Below, piece by piece: positions 1-8,682 of a stretch of DNA of 64,000 nucleotides. How positions within the stretch are numbered: position 1 is the first letter of the stretch; every line of letters begins with the position of its first letter. The notes under the pieces are model-generated. The model had not been told where the DNA came from and ran no database searches. It saw only the letters and a program-made list of their open reading frames with translations. The stretch is taken from the NCBI GenBank assembly GCA_964565895.1, contig CAZMGT010000002.1, forward strand, positions 78,510 to 142,509, in the 5' to 3' direction. Source of the stretch: an uncultured Armatimonadia bacterium (GTDB taxonomy: Bacteria; Armatimonadota; Zipacnadia; UBA1398; CAZMGT01). The position numbers and the translations under genes were made by a program.

Positions 1-2
1 TT

Positions 3-2834
3 TGCTCTTGGCTTTCCGACCGCAGCTTGCGCGAGCTCTCGCTGGAGGAGATCGTGCGCGTGCTGCGGCCCGGGGGCGTGGCCATTTTAGGCCGCGCGCG
101 CACGCTGGGCGGGGGCAAGCTGAGCAGAGACGTGCTGCGCTCCTGGCTGGGCAAAGCCCCGGTGGGCGAGGTTTCTGTGCGCGAGAACATCTCCGGCCTG
201 TGGGGCTCGTTCGTTAAGCCCTTCCCCCAGGGGTTCGACGAGTGGACGCACTGGCAGCACGGGCCGGACAACAACCCCGTCTCCAAAGACACGCTAATCA
301 AGCCCCCATATATCACGCAGTACTTAGCCACGCCTTGGTTTTCCCCCATGCCCTCGATCTCCGTTATCGCCGGGGGGCGCATGTTCCGCGCCGCGGGGCA
401 CATGGCCATTCACGAACGCGAGGAGCGCTATCTGAACACGATCTACGCAACCAACGTATTCAACGGCTCGCTCCTCTGGACGCGGCCGATCCCCGTGGGC
501 TACCTCGCCCACCGCTCGCTGTTCGTGGCCACCGCGGAGACGCTATATCTCATCGAGCCTCATCGCTGCCTTCTTCTCGACCCGCAGACGGGCGTTAAGC
601 GCGACGAAATCGTTCTCCCGCCCGAGGACTTCGGCGGCGGCTACTGGCAGTGGATCGCCTATGACGATGGCGTGCTCTACGCTCTCCTTGGCGAGCGCGA
701 CTTTGAGGCGGAGATCATCAAGCGCAAGCGGCCCACCGGCGCCTGGGGCTGGAACCAGCTCTCGCGGGGATATTACACCAAGCAATATCCTTGGGGTTAT
801 GGCACGGTTCTCGTTGCGATAGACCCCAAGACTAAGCGCGTGCTGTGGAAGCATGAGGAGGACAAGCGAATTGACTCCCGTGCGCTGTGCATGGCCGCGG
901 GGCGCATTTTCCTACACAGCGAGGGGAACTTCGTCGCCTGTTTGGACCAAAAGACGGGGAAATTGCTTTGGAAAAACAGCGATCCCCGGCTTCTGCGGGC
1001 AATCTCCGAGCCGATTAACAAGGGCCTGGGGTTTAAGACCACTCCCTATGCCATTTGCACGGACAAGGCGCTGTATTTCGGCGGGCGCGGGCGGAAGAAC
1101 GTCGTCGCCGTCTCCGCCGAGGACGGGCGCCTGCTTTGGTATATCCCCGGGGCGTATAACGCGACGAACCTGTTGTTTTACGAGGGCAAGCTGCTCGCGC
1201 ACATTCCCTCGTGCACGATGCTCGACCCGCTGTCGGGGAAGGTGCTCAAGAACCTGCACATAAACAAGCGCTCGTGCACGCGGATGACCGCCTGCCCCGG
1301 CTACTTCTTCCACCGCGGGAGCTTCCCCAACGACGGCCGCGCGGGCGAGGGAACCATTCGCTACGACTTCGCCGCGGACAAGGCCACCGTGATCCACGCC
1401 TTCCGCCCCGCGTGCAACGACGGCCTGCTTCCCGTAGAGGGAATGCTCATCCGCACGCAGTGGGACTGCGACTGCAACCTCCAGCTCATTGGCTGCATTG
1501 GGCTGTGCCCCGCGGGCGACTTTGACTTCGGCCGCCAGGCGACGGAGGCGGAGCACCTGCAGCGCTTCGCCGCGCCGCCCGCCGGGGCCCCCGACCTCTC
1601 GCCCAGCGACTGGGCCACCTATCGCCACGACAACAGCCGCAGCGCGTTTACGCCCGTTGCCGTAGCGCGCGCCAAGCCGCAGGTAAAGTGGCAGCTTGCT
1701 CTGCGCGGCAGGTTTAAGCCCAGCCCAGCGACGGCGGCCTATGGCTTGGTGTTCGTCGCCGGCGCCGATGGCACGGTGCGCGCCATCGACGCGGCAAGCG
1801 GCGAGCTGCGCTGGCTGTTCTATACCGCGGGTCCCGTCCGCCTGCCCCCGGCGCTTGCGCGCGGCTGCGCCTACGTGGGCTCCGGCGATGGCTACATCTA
1901 CTGCCTAGACGCGGCAACGGGCAACCCCATCTGGCGTTTCCGCGCCGCCCCTGTCGAGCGGCGGATTATGGTCTACGGGGCGCTGTGCTCCACGTGGCCG
2001 GTGAACAGCGGTGTGCTCGTGCGCGACGGCGTGGCCTTTGCCGCAGCGGGGATCATCAACTACGACGGGACGCACGTCTATGCCCTGGACGCGGCGACGG
2101 GGAAGATCGTCTGGCAGAACAACACCTCCGGGCACCTGAACAAGGAGCTGCGCTGCGGGGTGTCCGCGGCGGGCGACCTGACCGTGCTCGACGGCAAGCT
2201 ATGGCTCGCTGGGGGCAATGTCGTCTCGCCCGCGGGCTATGACCTGCAAACGGGCCGGTGCATCAACAAGCCGCCCGGGCCGGGCTGGCCTGCCGCGCCG
2301 CGCGGCTCGGAGATCTGCGCCTTGATGGACGAGTTTGTCGCCGTCGGCGGCCGGAGGATGTATACCCAGGACGACGATTTCATTACCAACTGGCGGCCCT
2401 ATGAGGTGTATAACATAAAGGGCGCGGGGGCTAAGCTCCCGCACGTCCTGCAGGGGCGCGTGCCGCCGGCGTTTGGCAACGGGGCGGTGGCTATGTGCCC
2501 GCGCGGGCCGGTGGTCTGCGCGAGCTGGGACGAAGTTAAGCGGTGGCTGGCCAGCCCCCAGCGTGGCGCTCGGCTGAGGGTCCGCTGGAACACGCCCTCG
2601 TTGCAAAACGCCGTTGACGTGCTCATCGCCAACGACGTCGTGCTTGCCGCTGGCGAGGCGCGGCTTGAGAGCGCGGGCACGCCTTGGGCCGTCCAAGCGT
2701 TTGACGTTAACACAGGGCAGTTGCTCTGGAGCCACGCGCTTTCCGCGCCGCCTTTGCCCGGCGGGTTGTGCGTCGATCGTGAAGGTCGCATTATCGTTGT
2801 GCAAGAAGACGCAAGGGTCGTTTGCTTAAAATAA
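3..2834 (+). CDS. 5'-truncated CDS: tail of a class I SAM-methyltransferase fold fused to a PQQ-like (BamB-like) beta-propeller repeat protein
   Basis: The frame is open from the window edge, with no stop upstream of the TTG at 27. LRPGGVAIL resembles a methyltransferase post-motif. It is followed by repeated blades of the form YALDAATGK..W and YCLDAATGNPIW typical of PQQ/BamB propellers. Stop is at 2834. Confidence 0.6.
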   Translation, partial: CSWLSDRSLRELSLEEIVRVLRPGGVAILGRARTLGGGKLSRDVLRSWLGKAPVGEVSVRENISGLWGSFVKPFPQGFDEWTHWQHGPDNNPVSKDTLIKPPYITQYLATPWFSPMPSISVIAGGRMFRAAGHMAIHEREERYLNTIYATNVFNGSLLWTRPIPVGYLAHRSLFVATAETLYLIEPHRCLLLDPQTGVKRDEIVLPPEDFGGGYWQWIAYDDGVLYALLGERDFEAEIIKRKRPTGAWGWNQLSRGYYTKQYPWGYGTVLVAIDPKTKRVLWKHEEDKRIDSRALCMAAGRIFLHSEGNFVACLDQKTGKLLWKNSDPRLLRAISEPINKGLGFKTTPYAICTDKALYFGGRGRKNVVAVSAEDGRLLWYIPGAYNATNLLFYEGKLLAHIPSCTMLDPLSGKVLKNLHINKRSCTRMTACPGYFFHRGSFPNDGRAGEGTIRYDFAADKATVIHAFRPACNDGLLPVEGMLIRTQWDCDCNLQLIGCIGLCPAGDFDFGRQATEAEHLQRFAAPPAGAPDLSPSDWATYRHDNSRSAFTPVAVARAKPQVKWQLALRGRFKPSPATAAYGLVFVAGADGTVRAIDAASGELRWLFYTAGPVRLPPALARGCAYVGSGDGYIYCLDAATGNPIWRFRAAPVERRIMVYGALCSTWPVNSGVLVRDGVAFAAAGIINYDGTHVYALDAATGKIVWQNNTSGHLNKELRCGVSAAGDLTVLDGKLWLAGGNVVSPAGYDLQTGRCINKPPGPGWPAAPRGSEICALMDEFVAVGGRRMYTQDDDFITNWRPYEVYNIKGAGAKLPHVLQGRVPPAFGNGAVAMCPRGPVVCASWDEVKRWLASPQRGARLRVRWNTPSLQNAVDVLIANDVVLAAGEARLESAGTPWAVQAFDVNTGQLLWSHALSAPPLPGGLCVDREGRIIVVQEDARVVCLK

Positions 2835-2897
2835 GTTAAGCAGTTCAGGTGCCGGCGGCGGCTTCTGCCGGCCAACGCAAAAAAGGAGCCCTGGCAA

Positions 2898-4340
2898 ATG
2901 CCCAACATCCTGCCCGCTTGTGCCAAGCGAAGCGCAGCGAGCTTTGCCTTCTGCTGCCTCGTGGCGCTTGCCTGTTTGGCGCTGGGGGCCGCCCCGGCGC
3001 GGGCCTGCGACACGCCTGTGTTTCAATATGCTTTGTTCAACTGGGAGCCCGACCCCTACTACGTGTTCTACTTCCACCGCGGCGGGGAGAACCCCCAGGA
3101 CGCCGCGGCGAACAAGATCCTCGAGCAGGCCTCGGCCATGGACTCGTTCGCCAACCTCCTGTTCGATCGCGTAAACGTAGCCAACAAGCAGGAGGTCGCC
3201 CCGGGTGGCCTGCGCAGCAAAATCTGGGAGTACCACCGCTCGGAACGGCTTCCGTTTCACGTGGTAATCAGCCCCCAGGGCGTGGAGATTTACTTCGGCC
3301 GCCTTAGCGCCGCAGGAGCGCGCGCGTTGCTCGCCTCGCCCAAGCGCAAACAGGCCGCGCAACTGCTCTGCGACGGCAAGCAGGGCGTGCTTGTTTTGCT
3401 TAAGTGCTCGGACAAGGCGAAAAACGCCTCGGCGGAAAAAACCGTGCGCGCGGCGATCGCCCGCGCCGGCGACGAGGGGCTAAACGTTGGCTTTCTCTCC
3501 CTTGCCCGCAGCGACGGCTCCGAGAAATGGTTCGTGCGCCAGTTGCTGAACGTGGAGAGCGACCTTGAGGGGTTGGACGAACCCATGGTGTTCGGCATGT
3601 TCGGCAGGGGCCATGTGCTTGAGCCATTTGTGGGCAAGGGGATCACCGTGGAGAACATGCTCGACCTAATTGCGTTTATCAACGGCCCCTGTTCGTGCGA
3701 GATAAAGGCCTACAATCCAGGCGTAGACATCCTGCTTGATTGGGACTGGTCGAGCAAGATCGGCGAGTGGGCCTACGAGGAGCCTACGGACCGCTCCGGG
3801 CTGTTCTATGTGGAGTTCGAGGAGCCCTCGACCGAGGCCCCTGCGGAAAACGTGGCCATGGTTTCCGACGAGCCACAGGCCGCCCCTGCGGCCACGCCTT
3901 CGCCAACCGCGCGGGCCAAAAATGACCTGAGCAAGGCTACGCCGGCCACGCCCAAGGCGGGCAAGAAGACGCCAAAGCCTCGCCGCACAGCCGCGCCCAG
4001 CCCCACCGCCGCCCCAACGGCAACGGTGGCCTCCGCCGAAGCTGCGGGCAAACCCCCGCGCGAGCGCGCCGTTGCCGCGCTGCCCCAAAGCAAGGGCAAG
4101 ACCCCGCCCCAGGCAGGCGGCGCAGGAGGCGAGCCTGCCCCGCGCCAGCCGCAGGCGCAGGTAACCTGGGAGGAGCTGTTTGCCCTCGAGGCCACCCCCG
4201 CGGCGCAGAGCCCCGCGCTTGAGGACGACGACTCGTTCGTCTCCTCGCTTTCGTTAAAGCTCGGCTTGGGGCTGGGGGTGGGCATGGTCCTCGTGGTCAT
4301 CGGTGGCTTTGTACTGCTGCGAAGGTATGGTGAGAGATAA
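2898..4340 (+). CDS. hypothetical secreted protein with an N-terminal signal peptide, a globular Cys-containing domain, a Pro/Ala/Thr-rich linker and a C-terminal transmembrane anchor
   Basis: There is an AAGGAG RBS 8 nt upstream of the ATG. The signal peptide is CLVALACLALGAAPARA. A low-complexity linker (APSPTAAPTATVAS...) is followed by a C-terminal TM helix GVGMVLVVIGGFVLL. The stop lies 3 nt before the next gene. I recognise no family. Confidence 0.5.
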   Translation: MPNILPACAKRSAASFAFCCLVALACLALGAAPARACDTPVFQYALFNWEPDPYYVFYFHRGGENPQDAAANKILEQASAMDSFANLLFDRVNVANKQEVAPGGLRSKIWEYHRSERLPFHVVISPQGVEIYFGRLSAAGARALLASPKRKQAAQLLCDGKQGVLVLLKCSDKAKNASAEKTVRAAIARAGDEGLNVGFLSLARSDGSEKWFVRQLLNVESDLEGLDEPMVFGMFGRGHVLEPFVGKGITVENMLDLIAFINGPCSCEIKAYNPGVDILLDWDWSSKIGEWAYEEPTDRSGLFYVEFEEPSTEAPAENVAMVSDEPQAAPAATPSPTARAKNDLSKATPATPKAGKKTPKPRRTAAPSPTAAPTATVASAEAAGKPPRERAVAALPQSKGKTPPQAGGAGGEPAPRQPQAQVTWEELFALEATPAAQSPALEDDDSFVSSLSLKLGLGLGVGMVLVVIGGFVLLRRYGER

Positions 4341-4343
4341 GCG

Positions 4344-5108
4344 ATGAGAAAGCTTGCCCTGCTCGGTGTTGGCCTGGCGCTGTTGGTTTGCGGCTGTCCA
4401 AAGCAGGTGGAGCAGCGCGAAGTGAAAGAGGAGCAAAAGCTAACCGTGCTCTGCGGGGGTTCGTTCCGCCCGCCCATGGAGCGGCTGGCCAGCCTGTTCG
4501 AGGAGGAAACGGGCGTCGCCGTCGAGCTCTCGTTCGGCCAGAGCGAGGACCTTTTGCCCATCGTGAAAATCGGCAAAGAGGGCGACATTTTCGTCACCCA
4601 CGACCCCTACATGGACTATACCAAGGAAGCGAACGCGCTGCTCGACGCCGTGCAGGTGGGCTATGTCGCGCCGGTGCTTGTCGTGCGCAAGGGCAACCCC
4701 GCGGGCGTGAAGTCCATCGAGGACTTGGCCAAGCCCGGGGTAAAAGTCGCCCTGCCCAACCCGGAGTACTCCACCTGCGGCGAAATGCTCTTCCGCTTGC
4801 TTGAGAAAAAGGGCATTAAAGAAGCTGTTTTAAAGAACGCCGAAGGGGCGATCTTCCGCAGCCACTCCCAGACGGGCAACGCGCTAAAGCTGGGCACGCG
4901 CGACGCCGGGGTAATGTGGAACGGCGTGGCCCACACGTTCCGCGACGCTCTGGAGATTATCCCCACGCCTTATGAGTACGATGAGACGATTCGCGTGTGG
5001 GTCATGGGGCTGAGCTATTCCTCGAACACCGAGCTGGTGAAGCAGTTCCTCGACTTCGCCCGCGAAAAGGGCACGGAGGTTTTCGCGGAGTTCGGCTACG
5101 TCAAGTAG
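4344..5108 (+). CDS. modA: ModA-family periplasmic molybdate/tungstate-binding lipoprotein (paralog 1)
   Basis: A lipobox LLVCGC sits after the signal peptide. The core TVLCGGSFRPPMERLASLFEEETGVAVELSFGQSED..DIFVTHDPYMDY and the C-terminus KQFLDFAREKGTEVFAEFGYVK match the ModA pattern (..FKRYGF..K). Confidence 0.7.
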   Translation: MRKLALLGVGLALLVCGCPKQVEQREVKEEQKLTVLCGGSFRPPMERLASLFEEETGVAVELSFGQSEDLLPIVKIGKEGDIFVTHDPYMDYTKEANALLDAVQVGYVAPVLVVRKGNPAGVKSIEDLAKPGVKVALPNPEYSTCGEMLFRLLEKKGIKEAVLKNAEGAIFRSHSQTGNALKLGTRDAGVMWNGVAHTFRDALEIIPTPYEYDETIRVWVMGLSYSSNTELVKQFLDFAREKGTEVFAEFGYVK

Positions 5109-5137
5109 CGGCGGCGTCCGCGTAGGAGGACCGCGGC

Positions 5138-5914
5138 ATGCGTTTTTCGGGCGTCGGGCGCTGGGCAATAGTTTTCGCCGCCCTACTCGCTTGCGGCTGT
5201 GCCAAACAGGAGAAGGAAAAGCCCCTGCTTTATCTTTACTGCGGCGCGGGAATCCGCCCGCCCGTGTCCGAGATGGTCGCGGAGTTTGAGCGCAAGCAGG
5301 GGGTTAAGATGGAGTGCGACTACGCGGGCTCGGAGGTTCTGCTCAGCCGAATAAAGCTCTCCCGCCGCGGCGACTTATACATGCCCGGCGACGCGCGCTA
5401 TGTGGAGCAGGCGCGGCGCGAGGGCCTTATCCTTTCCTCCGTAGACGCCTGTTACTGGATCCCCGTGATCGTTGTGCAAAAGGGCAACCCAAAGGGCATC
5501 GAGAGCGTCGCCGACCTAACCAAGCCCGGCCTGCGCGTGGGCCTAGGCGACCCCACGGCCTGCGCCATCGGCAAAATTAGCGCAAGGGTGCTTAAGAAAA
5601 ACAACATCGCCGAGGAGGACATCGAGCCGAACATCGTCTTCCGCTCGCTTACCGTAAACGAGCTCGGCGTGCACATCAAGACGGGGAAGATCGACGCAGC
5701 CATCGTGTGGGACGGTATCGCCAACCTCTACGCAGACGTGGGCGACGTGGTGCGCATTCCCCCGGAGCAAAACGTGGTGTCCACCGTGCCGCTTGCCGTG
5801 CTCAAGTTCTCCCAGCACCCCGAGCTGGCGAAAAAATTTCAGCAGTTCGTTACCTCCCAGCGCGGGAAGGAGATCTTCGCTAAGTACGGCTACACCACGG
5901 AGCGCCCGGAGTAG
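5138..5914 (+). CDS. ModA-family periplasmic binding lipoprotein (paralog 2)
   Basis: A lipobox LLACGC is present. The layout parallels paralog 1 (VVQKGNPKGIESVADLTKPGLRVGL; C-terminus KKFQQFVTSQRGKEIFAKYGYT). It starts 30 nt after paralog 1. Confidence 0.7.
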   Translation: MRFSGVGRWAIVFAALLACGCAKQEKEKPLLYLYCGAGIRPPVSEMVAEFERKQGVKMECDYAGSEVLLSRIKLSRRGDLYMPGDARYVEQARREGLILSSVDACYWIPVIVVQKGNPKGIESVADLTKPGLRVGLGDPTACAIGKISARVLKKNNIAEEDIEPNIVFRSLTVNELGVHIKTGKIDAAIVWDGIANLYADVGDVVRIPPEQNVVSTVPLAVLKFSQHPELAKKFQQFVTSQRGKEIFAKYGYTTERPE

Positions 5915-5917
5915 AAC

Positions 5918-6739
5918 ATGAGCGCGGCGTATAGCGAAACGGAGTCTGTGCGCGGCTTTCGGGGGCTCCTCTTTTCCCTGGCGTTGTTTGCCTTTTTGGG
6001 CGTGTTTTTGCTCGGGATAATCGGCCTGCTCGCCGCCGACGCGGCCTACATTAACGCCGCGGCGTTTGCCGAGGTCCTCCGCTCGCCGCAAATCCGCGCG
6101 GCAACCTGGCTCAGCCTATGGACGACAACGCTCACCACGCTCATCGCCCTCGTGTTCGCCGTGCCCATCGGCTATGCGCTAAGCCGCTTTCGCTTCCCCG
6201 GCCGGTTCCTCGCGGACACGATTATTGACTTGCCCATCGTCTTTCCCCCGCTGGTCATGGGGCTTAGCTTGCTCGTGTTCTTCCGCACGCCCATCGGGCT
6301 GTGGCTGGAGTCGCTCGGCCTGGAGTTCGTCTATCAACGCAAGGGCATCGTGCTCGCTCAGTTTTTGGTTTCCGCCTCGTTTGGCATTCGCGCGATAAAG
6401 TCCACGTTCGACGATATCGACCGCCGGCAAGAGGAGGTTGCCCTTACCCTGGGCTGCAGCCGGGGCCAGGCGTTTTGGCGCGTCGCCGTGCCCAACGCGC
6501 GCAACGGCATCGTCGCTGGAGCAATCATCACCTGGGCTAGAGCGTTTGGCATTTTCGGCCCGCTGCTTGTGTTCGTAGGCGCCGTGCGCATGCGCACCGA
6601 AGTTCTCCCCACAACGATCTACTTGGAGACATCGATCGGGCGCATCGAAGTGGCCCTTGCCGTGGCCCTGCTCATGATTGTCCTGGCCTCGGTGGCTCTG
6701 GTGCTCATCCGGGTGTTTGCTGGGCCGAAGGTTTGGTGA
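5918..6739 (+). CDS. modB: ABC transporter permease, ModB-like
   Basis: It has several TM helices and an EAA-type loop (EVALTLGCSRGQAFWRVAVPNARNGIVAG). It starts 4 nt after the SBP gene. Confidence 0.7.
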   Translation: MSAAYSETESVRGFRGLLFSLALFAFLGVFLLGIIGLLAADAAYINAAAFAEVLRSPQIRAATWLSLWTTTLTTLIALVFAVPIGYALSRFRFPGRFLADTIIDLPIVFPPLVMGLSLLVFFRTPIGLWLESLGLEFVYQRKGIVLAQFLVSASFGIRAIKSTFDDIDRRQEEVALTLGCSRGQAFWRVAVPNARNGIVAGAIITWARAFGIFGPLLVFVGAVRMRTEVLPTTIYLETSIGRIEVALAVALLMIVLASVALVLIRVFAGPKVW

Positions 6740-6740
6740 G

Positions 6741-7838
6741 ATGATCCGCATCGAGAACCTGAGCCTGGTCGTAGAGCAGTTTTCCCTGCGCGAGATAACG
6801 CTTAACGTGCGCCCGCGGGAGTACTTCGTTCTTCTCGGCAAGCCGGGGAGCGGCAAAACGCTGCTCTTAGAGTGCGTCGCCGGCCTGCGCCGGCTGAGCG
6901 GCGGAGCAATCTACATCGGCGAGCGGCGCGTGGACCACCTCGAGCCCGCGCAGCGCGGCGTGGGCTACGTTCCCCAGGACTACGCCCTGTTTACGGGCAA
7001 GAGCGTGCGCGAGAACATTGAGTTTGGCCTGCGCGTGCGCGGGGTGCCCCGCGCCCAGCGCGAGCGGCGGGTGCGCGAGCTGGCGCGCGCGTTGGGCATC
7101 GAGTACTTGCTTGGCCGGCGGCGCGTGCACGGGCTGTCCGGAGGCGAGCGGCAGCGCGTGGCCCTTGCCCGGGCGCTTGCCCCGCGGCCGGCGATCCTCC
7201 TCCTCGACGAGCCCCTCAGCGCGCTCGACGAGGAAACGCGCGACGAGGTCCTCGCTGAGCTGCGTCGCATTCAGCAGCAAACGCAAACGACCACCCTGCA
7301 CGTGTGCCATAACTTGGACGAGATGCGCATGGTCGCCGACCGCGTGGGGATTCTCTCGCGCGGGCGGCTGGTGCAGGTCGGTGCGCCGCAGGAGATCGCC
7401 CGCAACCCGGCCACCGTGGAAGTCGCGCGACTGTTCCGCCTGGGAACGATCCTCAGCGGCGAGGCGCGGCCCACGCAGGGCCGGGCGATAATCTCGTTCG
7501 GCAGCTTCTCGTTAGCCTGCGCGCACAACTGCGCGGGGCCGGTGGACGTGCTCGTGCGCAGCGCGGCCATCGAGCTTGTCCCGGCCGAGGGCGAGCAGGG
7601 CTTGCCCGCGCAAGTCACCGGCCTGCTCTGGCGCGAAGCAACGGTGCAGGTGGACCTTGCCCTGCACGGGACGCCGCTGCGCGCGGAGCTTTTGCGCGAG
7701 CGCGCGGAGAACCTGCGCCTTGAGCGCGGCGGTGTTGTGCGCGTTGTCGTTCCGCCGGAGGCGCTTTGTGTCTTTCCCAAAGAAAAGCGCACGTGCTGCG
7801 TCTCACACGACGGTGCGCGCGAAAGCGAGGAGCAGTAG
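6741..7838 (+). CDS. modC: ABC transporter ATP-binding protein, ModC-like, with a C-terminal TOBE-like domain
   Basis: Walker A is GKPGSGKT, the signature is LSGGERQRVALARAL, and Walker B is LLLDEPLSALD. The start ATG at 6741 (MIRIENLSL) lies directly after the permease TGA at 6737-6739. The ORF-track start at 6678 is an in-frame upstream extension that overlaps modB, so I rejected it. Confidence 0.7.
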   Translation: MIRIENLSLVVEQFSLREITLNVRPREYFVLLGKPGSGKTLLLECVAGLRRLSGGAIYIGERRVDHLEPAQRGVGYVPQDYALFTGKSVRENIEFGLRVRGVPRAQRERRVRELARALGIEYLLGRRRVHGLSGGERQRVALARALAPRPAILLLDEPLSALDEETRDEVLAELRRIQQQTQTTTLHVCHNLDEMRMVADRVGILSRGRLVQVGAPQEIARNPATVEVARLFRLGTILSGEARPTQGRAIISFGSFSLACAHNCAGPVDVLVRSAAIELVPAEGEQGLPAQVTGLLWREATVQVDLALHGTPLRAELLRERAENLRLERGGVVRVVVPPEALCVFPKEKRTCCVSHDGARESEEQ

Positions 7839-8682
7839 ATGAGCGAGCAGAGAATTAGAATTTTTTCCGCCAAGGCTTGCGCCGCGCCGATCGAGGCCGC
7901 CGCGGAGCGGTTTCGCGAGGAGACGGGAATCGCCGTAGACCTCCTCGTCTGCCGCAGGCACTGCCACACACCCTACGCGGGCGAGGCCGAGGAAGCCGAT
8001 GTTGTCGGCACGCCGCATTTTCTCACCGAGGTCGCGGAGATCGCCGGCCTGGACCTCGTCGTCGCTGGGGCGAGCTATCTCGCCGACGACGGCGAGATCA
8101 TGGGCATTTTCGACCGCTCCGCGCGCCTGTGCCTAGGCTATCGGCGCTCTGCCCTGCTCGTTCAACCGGGCAACCCGAAGGGCATTCGTGCGCTGGCCGA
8201 CCTGGAGCGGGCGGATGTTACAGTGAGTGTTTCGGTCATCGACTGCTTAAAGGGCGCCTATGAGGACATCATTTGCGCAACGCACCGCAGCGAGCTAATT
8301 CGCCCCCAAATTAAGCTCTGGGCAAACGGCTGCGTGGCCCTTGTCGAGTCGGTGGCCCAGGGGCGCGTGGATGTGGGCTCTGCAGGAGGCGGGCGTCACG
8401 AGCCTGATGACGGTGGCCCAGGGGCGCGTGGATGTGGGGGTCGGCTGGTCGGCGTTCGAACATCTTGCCTCCGGGCGTGTCCAGATAATCGAGCTCAACG
8501 GCCCTGAGGCGATCGAGCGCGAGACAACGATTTCTCTGTGCAAAAACTCAGCTAACGGCGCGGCCGCGGAGCGGTTCTTGCAGTTTATCGCCGAGGGCGG
8601 GGCGGATGAGTTTCTCGCCCGCTACGGCTGGCTGCTCCCCGAGGCCCGCCGAAAGATCGTTCGGGAGGCGAAAGCAACATGA
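7839..8682 (+). pseudogene. third ModA-like binding-protein paralog with no signal peptide or lipobox, disrupted by a +1 frameshift caused by a 61-bp partial duplication
   Basis: The N-terminal part (7839-8380, frame 0) reads ..VQPGNPKGIRALADLERADVTVSV..LVESVAQGRVDVG and then runs into nonsense. The same motif restarts in frame +1 (8341-8682) as ..VAQGRVDVGVGWSAFEHLASG...ERFLQFIAEGGADEFLARYGW, which is a ModA C-terminus. The 28-mer cggtggcccaggggcgcgtggatgtggg occurs at 8351 and again at 8412. Confidence 0.6.

Noticed and set aside
912-1628. A 238-aa minus-strand ORF inside the PQQ-propeller gene, and similar long antisense or shadow ORFs (for example 2399-3013, 3806-4597, 7271-7969, 10646-11737, 19742-20446, 49973-51256, 61886-63187)
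   Set aside because: All overlap confidently called genes on the other strand or frame. Their translations are Arg/Pro/Ala/Gly-rich with no motifs. They are GC-driven spurious ORFs.
6678-6740. An upstream in-frame start for modC (MSWPRWLWCSSGCLLGRRFGE...)
   Set aside because: It would overlap the modB 3' end by 62 nt. The ATG at 6741 sits immediately after the modB stop and begins the canonical ABC N-terminus MIRIENLSL.
8341-8682. A separate 113-aa gene
   Set aside because: It is the displaced C-terminal half of the frameshifted ModA-like gene, since its sequence completes the ModA fold. It is not an independent CDS.
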